Shown piece by piece: positions 25,901 to 31,854 of a stretch of DNA of 31,854 nt (positions within the stretch are counted from its first letter, which is position 1; every line of letters starts with the position of its first letter). The stretch is from Methanobacteriota archaeon (GTDB lineage Archaea > Hydrothermarchaeota > Hydrothermarchaeia > Hydrothermarchaeales > JACRDW01), in contig JBDRDL010000025.1 in NCBI GenBank assembly GCA_043820925.1, positions 1 to 31,854 of the forward strand, read 5' to 3'. A program made the translations under genes and the position numbers. The notes beneath the pieces are model-generated. The model saw nothing but the letters and a program-made list of their open reading frames with translations, made no database searches and had not been told where the DNA came from.

Positions 25901-25985
25901 ATCTCTCCCTCTCCTCCATTATCTCGCCCAGCAGACCTCCCAGTTTTTCTTTCTTCTTTTCATCCGCCAAGAAGTCATATGCCAT
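22929..25985 (-). CDS. CpaF/TadA pilus assembly ATPase with two complete tandem ATPase modules
   Basis: Two sets of DARL.DGSRVN, Walker A GG(T/S)SSGKTT, TIEDTAEL, LRMRPDRIIVGEVRG and His box. Confidence 0.93.
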   Translation of the reverse strand: MAYDFLADEKKKEKLGGLLGEIMEERERYYFLDALEKAELEKDKDVEILDEGAKYKIIRKKDENMPTYVISLPSLTKKDKKILRAVEKRAIAEIAIDPESILDIKKRRKTFVKEVMRIIEHDYPDLLLSQRRNFAELIVQNMIGYGLLEFLLADDALEEVMVVGTKKRVYVYHRKHGMCKTNIVFEDDAEIINIINKIARSVGRRVDMSAPLLDARLPDGSRVNATLCPVSLDGPSLTIRKFKASPFTIVDLIDFKTLTPELAAFLWLVVEGFGVKPINVLVSGGTSSGKTTTLNCLGSFIPSSDRVITIEDTAELQLPVEHWIRLETRLPNIEGKGGISMDVLLKNALRMRPDRIIVGEVRGPEAYVLLASMNTGQNGCLGTLHANTAKETITRLVSAPMSVPRIMIPSINLILMQNKFTYHGKLVRRITEVAEITGMEDGKVKMEIIYQHDPRDDRVKPTGVPASIKKKLAELRGVDEKEVEEEIERRQEIIEYMVRKGMRSIEEVGRLINEYYASPEKLFEKLNDRETKEEKAEKILKQDSSYKIVQIEGERNLLYVAPLPELSSEEKILLKRAEETAINEIEVDPTSLLDRKKAEEVFLKRVLEVIKENFPEITPTRREDFARLIVPNMLGYGLLEFLLADDALEEVMVVGTNKPVYVYHREYGACKTNITFESEDDILRIIERIARSVERRIDRATPLLDARLQDGSRVNATIPPIAINGPNITIRKFKKEPLTVVNLINFKALNIEVAAYLWLIVEGVGIKAGNILVAGGSSSGKTTTLNCLASFIQPTDRVITIEDTAELRMYVEHSIRLETRLPSIEGSGEISMDDLVKNTLRMRPDRIIVGEVRGPEARTLFTAMNTGHDGCMGTVHSNSARETITRLTNPPMNVPEVMLPALDLIIMQSKLYSNGKMLRRITEIAEVVGWENEKFVLNNVYKWNPKKDTLESAGNESVLKQKIAKLGGISMKELNEELERRENILKWMVSNNITELKKVARFFNEYYTNPQELLKRIE

Positions 25986-26072
25986 GCTTTTAATTATAAT
26001 TCTTTATGTATAAAAGATTAGTGAAGGCGGAAAAGCAAAAAGTTATATATCGAGTAAATCAGATTGGTGCGC

Positions 26073-27290
26073 ATGGAACTTCCAGTCCTGAAAGATTTCA
26101 ATTTGGCTGGTAAAAAAGTTTTGCTCAGGGTGGATATAAATTCTCCAATAGACCCGAAAACGAAGGAAATATTGGACGACACTCGGATAAGGAGCCACTC
26201 AATTACTCTGGACGCATTAACTAAGTCAAGGGTTGTGATACTCGCTCACCAGAGCAGACCTGGCTTGGGGGATTTTACAACTCTTGAGAGGCATGCCAAA
26301 AAACTGGAGGAAGTTAATGGGAGGGAAGTAAAATACATCGATGACGTCTTCGGCTTTGCAGCAGGGGAAGAGATTAGAAACCTGAAAAATGGAGAAATTT
26401 TGGTACTTGAAAACGTGAGATTCTGCTCAGAGGAGATAAGTCCTAACGTTGTCGCCAAGCCCCCCTCAGAGCAGGCAAAGACTAATTTTGTCAGGAAGCT
26501 TTCTTCCTATGTGGATTTCTATGTGAATGATGCATTTGCAGTTTCGCACCGTCCGCAGCCCTCGGTTGCAGCATTTCCGCAGGTTCTACCGAGCTGTGCC
26601 GGAAAGGTGATGGAGAGAGAGATACGGGTACTCTCTAGCATTCTAGAGAGTAAAGAAAAGCCCAGAGTTTTTGCTTTCGGCGGCTCTAAAGCAGAGGACT
26701 CGTTCAAGGTAATCAAAAGTTTGCTGGAGAGGAAAATAGCGGACAGCATTCTAACTTCCGGATTGGTTGCTACAATATTTCTCTTTGCAGAAGGCTGCGA
26801 TATAGGAGAAGAGAACAGGCAGGTTTTGGCAAACAAAAAACTCGAACCTCTCATTGCAGAAGCGAAGGAACTCTTAAAGAAATACAGGGGCAGAATTCAG
26901 ATGCCGATAGACCTTGCATTTCAGAAAAACGGCTCCAGAGTCGAGGCTTCTGTGCAAAAATTTCCAAATTACAAAATCCTGGACATAGGAATAGAAACGA
27001 TTGCACGCTATTCAAGTATAATCGGCGATGCCAGATTCGCTGTTGCCAACGGACCCTGCGGCGTTTTCGAGACCAAGGCTTTCGCTTTCGGCACAGAAGA
27101 GCTGCTGAAGTCGATGGCACGTTCTAAGGCATTCTCGATAATCGGAGGGGGGCATCTATCCGCAATCGCCCGGAGCATGAACCTTTCAAAGGAAATTTCG
27201 TACATCAGCACCGGAGGAAAGGCGACCATTTATTTTTTGGCTGGAGAAAAGCTGCCCGGAATTGAAGCATTAAAAGAGAGAAAAAAATGA
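26073..27290 (+). CDS. pgk: Phosphoglycerate kinase
   Basis: LRVDINSP, AHQSRPG, LENVRF, VNDAFAVSHR, NGPCGVFE, GGGH, ISTGGKA. Confidence 0.96.
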   Translation: MELPVLKDFNLAGKKVLLRVDINSPIDPKTKEILDDTRIRSHSITLDALTKSRVVILAHQSRPGLGDFTTLERHAKKLEEVNGREVKYIDDVFGFAAGEEIRNLKNGEILVLENVRFCSEEISPNVVAKPPSEQAKTNFVRKLSSYVDFYVNDAFAVSHRPQPSVAAFPQVLPSCAGKVMEREIRVLSSILESKEKPRVFAFGGSKAEDSFKVIKSLLERKIADSILTSGLVATIFLFAEGCDIGEENRQVLANKKLEPLIAEAKELLKKYRGRIQMPIDLAFQKNGSRVEASVQKFPNYKILDIGIETIARYSSIIGDARFAVANGPCGVFETKAFAFGTEELLKSMARSKAFSIIGGGHLSAIARSMNLSKEISYISTGGKATIYFLAGEKLPGIEALKERKK

Positions 27291-28036
27291 CCAGGGTAAT
27301 AGTTGTTGCTAGCGGAAAAGGGGGCGTAGGAAAAACTACGCTGGCAGCAAATTTAGCGGTTGCCCTAGCCCAATTTGGGAAGAGGGTTGCAGTTTTGGAT
27401 GCAGACATAGTTATGGCAAACCTGGAGATAATCATGGGTCTCAGAAATCCTCCAGTTGCCCTGATAGATGTTCTCATGGGGCGGCTTGGAATCGAGGACG
27501 TGATATACGAGGGTACGGGCGGCGTTAAAATAATTCCAGCAGGCATAACCCTCGAGGGCTTCAGCGAGGGGACCATGGAGATGCTTAAGGCAGCGATAAG
27601 AGAGATACCTCAGGACATCGAAATTCTGGTCATCGACGCTCCCGCAGGTCGAGATGCTTCGATGGTGATGGACGAAGGTCAGGAGGTAATCCTGGTTACC
27701 GTTCCCCAGGTTTCCTCTGTTTCAGATGCGCTCAAAATGAAGATACTTGCTGAAAAAATGGGAGCCAAGGTTATAGGAGTGATTCTGAACATGGTAGAAA
27801 ACAAGCCCAGAGAGCTGAGCAGAGGAGAAATCGAGAATGCGCTTGACGCAAATGTAATATCCATAATACCCGAGGACAGCAAGATTAAGGAAGCCCTGGC
27901 ATGCGAGGTGCCTTTTGTGATTAAATATCCTGCCTCAAAACCTACCAGAGAGTTAATGAAGCTTGCAGCCGAGCTTATTGGAAGGGAGTACATTCCAGAA
28001 AGTTTTTTCTCGAGGTTAGCTGGCATATTCAGATAG
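27287..28036 (+). CDS. minD: MinD family ATPase with C-terminal amphipathic membrane-targeting helix
   Basis: SGKGGVGKTT, DAD..MANL, DAPAG, C-terminal SFFSRLAGIFR. Confidence 0.9.
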   Translation: MTRVIVVASGKGGVGKTTLAANLAVALAQFGKRVAVLDADIVMANLEIIMGLRNPPVALIDVLMGRLGIEDVIYEGTGGVKIIPAGITLEGFSEGTMEMLKAAIREIPQDIEILVIDAPAGRDASMVMDEGQEVILVTVPQVSSVSDALKMKILAEKMGAKVIGVILNMVENKPRELSRGEIENALDANVISIIPEDSKIKEALACEVPFVIKYPASKPTRELMKLAAELIGREYIPESFFSRLAGIFR

Positions 28037-28199
28037 AATATCTAACTTCGATTTGTTTTGTTTAATCGAGTGAAATAATTTGGTTAATATTTTACATGTT
28101 TTCAAAAATTTTAATTAGTAATTTTCTTTCGAAAGATTTTTAAGCGTGTAAATATAATAAAACGTTAACAAATAATTCCTTATATGTTAGAGAGTCGAA

Positions 28200-29345
28200 A
28201 TGGCCGAAAAAAAAGAGAATATAATTGAGAGGCTGGAGGCTCTTAGGAAGAGAGTACCTGAAGAGAAGGGACCATCAATACCTGTGGATGTTAGAAGAAA
28301 GCGGTTGGCAAGGCTGGTTGGAATTCTCGTTATTATGGTATTCATCGGTTTGATATCTCTTTTGGGCTATAGCTTCCTCTTTAAACCTGTTAAGGAAAAA
28401 ATAGAAGTCGAAGATACTGCGCTTGCGCAGGCAAAGGCGCAAAAAATAAATTATATAAACGACGCTTTCGCAGGTTTGCCTGCCAGGTATATGTCTGATA
28501 GAGCTCAGCTAATAAATCAGGTAAATCAAGCTGCTACTGTCTCGCAGGTTCAGGAGATTGACTTCTCTACACCAGCAAGCAATGCATGGCGGAGCTATAC
28601 TCTGGAGAAAGTTAATGAAATTGCAAGGAAAACCGAGAAAATAGAGATGGAGGTAGGGAAAGACATTTATCGTGAGTTAGCAACGATTAGACAGAAGATA
28701 AGCCTTCTTTCTTATGCGGAACTAAAAACAGCAGTTGTCAGGGAACTGAGAGCTGAATATGTGCCGATAAGACTGCTGAGGGAGCAGGCAGCCATGGGAT
28801 TGGCGGAGCCAGGAAATATCGTCAACATTTACTTCAAAAACGGAAGCAGCATCGCAGTTCTTGCCAAGGATGCTAAAGTTGTTGCAGTTCTAAGGGCAAA
28901 GGCGAGCGGGAGCATAAACCTTGCCGAGACCGAGAAGAAAACAGACACTGGAGGCGGCATCGAGGGATACGGAACTGCTGCATCACTTAGCATAGGTGCT
29001 ACAAGCGCAGCTCTAACTGGCTCATACGAGGGCAGTACAGGATTGAAGATGAGGCAGTCCGAGACTGCTTATACCGTCAACATCGAAGAGCTTCAAAAGG
29101 CGGCAGCAGCGAGCAAGCTTCCAGAAAGCTATATTAAAGAGGTATTAGCGAATTATGGATTAAAGCTGAATGCGATTGAAAGAGAAACCAATATAGGGGA
29201 CTTAGGCGTGGAATATCTAATGCTGTTCGAAGTCAGCAACAAGGAGGCTCCCGAATTGGTATTGAGAGCCCTGTCCAGCGAAGACAGAAAAAACATATTC
29301 GTCACGATTTCCGAAATCTCGGTTTGGATGAAGGGTATAGGGTGA
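28200..29345 (+). CDS. DUF515-like pilus-associated membrane protein with RcpC/CpaB-like segment
   Basis: Single N-terminal TM, AKAQKINYINDAF helix, VPIRL.R.QAAMGLAEPGNIVNIY...AKVVAV. Confidence 0.65.
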   Translation: MAEKKENIIERLEALRKRVPEEKGPSIPVDVRRKRLARLVGILVIMVFIGLISLLGYSFLFKPVKEKIEVEDTALAQAKAQKINYINDAFAGLPARYMSDRAQLINQVNQAATVSQVQEIDFSTPASNAWRSYTLEKVNEIARKTEKIEMEVGKDIYRELATIRQKISLLSYAELKTAVVRELRAEYVPIRLLREQAAMGLAEPGNIVNIYFKNGSSIAVLAKDAKVVAVLRAKASGSINLAETEKKTDTGGGIEGYGTAASLSIGATSAALTGSYEGSTGLKMRQSETAYTVNIEELQKAAAASKLPESYIKEVLANYGLKLNAIERETNIGDLGVEYLMLFEVSNKEAPELVLRALSSEDRKNIFVTISEISVWMKGIG

Positions 29346-29350
29346 TATCC

Positions 29351-30247
29351 ATGAAGATTCTAATAGCCTTCGTTATTTTGACAGTCTTTCCAGCAGCGTT
29401 TGCACAAATCGGCGGCACCGAGTTTGTCAAAGTACCGGAAGGAGCTATAAGTAAAGTAGATACAGAAATTTACGCAAAGATAGAAAACTGGGGCTATGAG
29501 AGAGTCTTTGTTGCACTTCCTGAGGGCTGGAAGATTGACGATATCCAGCAGGGCGTGACTTCATATCCCGTAAGGTACTATGGGCTGATAGAGCTGTATG
29601 GCGTGCCCTATGGAGATACCCCTCTTGGAAGGGGAGACGTTTATACTTACACATGGACTTACTACGGATTTTCTACAGCACGCACAATCGAAGTTGCGGG
29701 AAGAACTGGCTGGTATCTAAAGCCGAACGAGGGAATAATAATAAACATTAAGGTTAATGACATAGGCGTTGGTGGAGGCATTATAGATCCTTTTAAAATC
29801 GAAAAGGAAAACCCCGGCATTAAAGTCGATAGATGGGAACAGAGATTCTTACTCACCGTCACAAAAAACGGATTCATCACCGCACCTTGGATAGTTGAGG
29901 GAGGAGTTTTAACCGAGGCAAGTCCTGCGCCGTACTCGGAGGCTAAGAAAAGAGGTTCATATAAATATTATGAAGATTTTGAGATTAAATATACTGGTAT
30001 AAAATGGAATCAGTGGTTTGAGTTTAAAAATTCCGTTTCCACGCTTCTGTCTTCCAAACCACTTGCAGCTACTGATTTGGAATTTTATCCAATAGAAAAG
30101 AAAAATATATTGAGACCTGTATTCAGAGTCGATAATTTTAAAACGATAATGTACGCATACGACTGGAAAAGAGACAGAAAAATCGAGGGCATTGTTTTGC
30201 TGCGGGACGATTTCAAGGATGTACCCGAGTGGTTCAAGTGGTTCTGA
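29351..30247 (+). CDS. Secreted hypothetical protein, possibly pilus-associated
   Basis: Sec signal MKILIAFVILTVFPAAFA; GGTGA RBS; aromatic-rich, beta-like sequence. Confidence 0.7.
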   Translation: MKILIAFVILTVFPAAFAQIGGTEFVKVPEGAISKVDTEIYAKIENWGYERVFVALPEGWKIDDIQQGVTSYPVRYYGLIELYGVPYGDTPLGRGDVYTYTWTYYGFSTARTIEVAGRTGWYLKPNEGIIINIKVNDIGVGGGIIDPFKIEKENPGIKVDRWEQRFLLTVTKNGFITAPWIVEGGVLTEASPAPYSEAKKRGSYKYYEDFEIKYTGIKWNQWFEFKNSVSTLLSSKPLAATDLEFYPIEKKNILRPVFRVDNFKTIMYAYDWKRDRKIEGIVLLRDDFKDVPEWFKWF

Positions 30248-30573
30248 TGATTTCCGACAGAGAGCAGGCTGTTTTTGAGTGCGGAATAAAGCTCGGCAGC
30301 ATATTCCATCAATTCGTAGGAACGCCTGTAAGTGCGAGAAGCAAAAAATCTTTAGGAAAAGCAATCGAGGAAGCAATCAAAAATCAGCCCTTCGTGGAGA
30401 GCGTCAAGGTAAAGATAAATCTGAGAAAGCGCAGCTATGTTTCCCTTGAAGGAAAGATGCTCGACGCCAGCGTTGTGGTGCGCTTCAAAAGCGCAAGATG
30501 CAAATGCAGGTTAAAGTATATAAAAGATTACCCACTGATGTACATTGAAGAGGTTAGAATATGCTCAGCATAG
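30247..30573 (+). CDS. mptD: Archaeal dihydroneopterin aldolase (DUF381)
   Basis: DRE.AVFE.GIKLG..FHQFVGTPVS, AIE.AI.NQPFV, YPLMYI. Confidence 0.9.
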   Translation: MISDREQAVFECGIKLGSIFHQFVGTPVSARSKKSLGKAIEEAIKNQPFVESVKVKINLRKRSYVSLEGKMLDASVVVRFKSARCKCRLKYIKDYPLMYIEEVRICSA

Positions 30574-31433
30574 CACTGCCAAAGGGAAGCCTGGAAGAGC
30601 AGACGTTATTACTTTTCAAAGAGGCAGGCTTAGAGGCGAGGATAGGCTTCAGAGATTACAACCCGAGCATAGCAGACCCGAGAATATCCAAGGTAAAAAT
30701 TCTCCGCCCGCAAGAGATACCGAAATACGTCGAGGAAGGCTACTTCGACTTGGGAATCTCGGGCTGGGACTGGGTGAATGAAAGCGGAGCTGATGTAGAG
30801 GTTATTGCAGACATGCCTTACAGCAGGCATGGCACAGGGGTTGTCCGCCTCGTCGTCGCAGTCTCAGAAGACTCTGGAATTGATAGACCTGAGGATATAA
30901 AGCCAGGAAGCAGGGTTACGACAGAGTTCCCAAATTTAACGGAAAAATATTTCGAGAAGCTCGGGATACCTGTACACATTCACTACTCCTACGGCGCTTC
31001 GGAAGCAAAAGTCCCGGACCTGATGGACGTGGTAATCGATTTAACCGAAACAGGAGCGACGCTGAGGAAGAACCGCCTGAAAATCATCGGCACGATTCTG
31101 GAGTCTTCTACCAAGCTTCTTGCGAACAGGAAATCCTGGAAAGACCCCAAGAAGCGAAAAGCAATCGAAGAAGTTAGAACCTTGCTTCTCGGCGTGATTG
31201 AGGCAAGGGGCAAGGTTCTGCTCAGCATGAATGTGCCGGAGAAGAAGCTCGAGGACGTGGTTTCAATCCTGCCCGCAATGAAAAATCCTACGATTTCAAA
31301 GCTTTACGGCGCAGGCTATTATGCGGTCGAGACCGTGGTACCCAAAAAAGACGTAAACTTGCTCATTCCAAGGCTGAAAGACAGGGGCGCAGAGGATATT
31401 CTGGAGATGAACATCTCCAAAATCGTGAAGTAA
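30561..31433 (+). CDS. hisG: ATP phosphoribosyltransferase, long form
   Basis: IALPKGSL, RPQEIP.YV, DLGISG.DW, YGASE, DLTETGATL, C-terminal PTISKL...GAEDIL. Confidence 0.96.
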   Translation: MLSIALPKGSLEEQTLLLFKEAGLEARIGFRDYNPSIADPRISKVKILRPQEIPKYVEEGYFDLGISGWDWVNESGADVEVIADMPYSRHGTGVVRLVVAVSEDSGIDRPEDIKPGSRVTTEFPNLTEKYFEKLGIPVHIHYSYGASEAKVPDLMDVVIDLTETGATLRKNRLKIIGTILESSTKLLANRKSWKDPKKRKAIEEVRTLLLGVIEARGKVLLSMNVPEKKLEDVVSILPAMKNPTISKLYGAGYYAVETVVPKKDVNLLIPRLKDRGAEDILEMNISKIVK

Positions 31434-31449
31434 AACGTAATGCAGAATA

Positions 31450-31854
31450 TTACAAACTCTCCAGCACATAGTCTGGTTTAATTTCACTTCTATCGACGTC
31501 TTCCTGTTTTGCATATCCTGTAAGCACAAGCGCAGTTTTCATGCCTGCTTTTTTACCCATAACTATATCTGTTTCCAGTCTATCGCCGATGAGCAGAATC
31601 TCCTGCGGTGCAAATTTTGCCTTTCTCAGTATTATATCAGCCATTACGTGCGAGGGTTTTCCTATTACGACTGGCTTCTTTTCGCACGCTGTTCTTACCG
31701 CACTAACAATAGAGCCTGCCCCAGGGAGCAGACCGTCTTCTGTTACCAGAGTGTTGTCCAAATTTGTTGCAAGGAAGTCTGCGCCACTCCTGATAAGCTT
31801 CACAGCAGTTGCGATTTTTGTGTAATTTAAATTTCTGTCAAGTCCGACGAGCAC
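31450..31854 (-). CDS. HAD-IIA (NagD-like) phosphatase, 5'-truncated by window edge
   Basis: ATNLD, PGAG, IGKPS, IGDRLETDI..G, LVLTG. Confidence 0.9.
   Translation of the reverse strand: MLVGLDRNLNYTKIATAVKLIRSGADFLATNLDNTLVTEDGLLPGAGSIVSAVRTACEKKPVVIGKPSHVMADIILRKAKFAPQEILLIGDRLETDIVMGKKAGMKTALVLTGYAKQEDVDRSEIKPDYVLESL

Overview
Archaeal (euryarchaeal-type) chromosomal segment, about 45% GC by eye. The gene content (archaeal DnaG, FBP aldolase/phosphatase, archaemetzincin, MptD, EppA-type pili, cytochrome b-linked [NiFe] hydrogenase) would fit a lineage such as Hydrothermarchaeota, but that placement is inference. It holds housekeeping genes (dnaG, tpiA, fbp, pyrK, hisC, argD, tmk, pgk, hisG), a four-gene membrane-bound group 1 [NiFe] hydrogenase operon, an EVE-nuclease islet and a Tad/Epd-like type IV pilus locus whose ATPase is a tandem double-domain fusion. 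The most striking signal is non-genic: a family of ~44-bp two-ended c(GNNA)g mini-hairpin repeats that nest inside each other, sit at gene starts and stops (once with an apparent 9-bp target duplication), and are inserted twice in-frame in the thymidylate kinase gene. Also notable are an apparent ATT start codon for the hydrogenase small subunit and a hairpin displaying an anti-Shine-Dalgarno loop. No tRNA, rRNA, CRISPR array or transposase was recognised.
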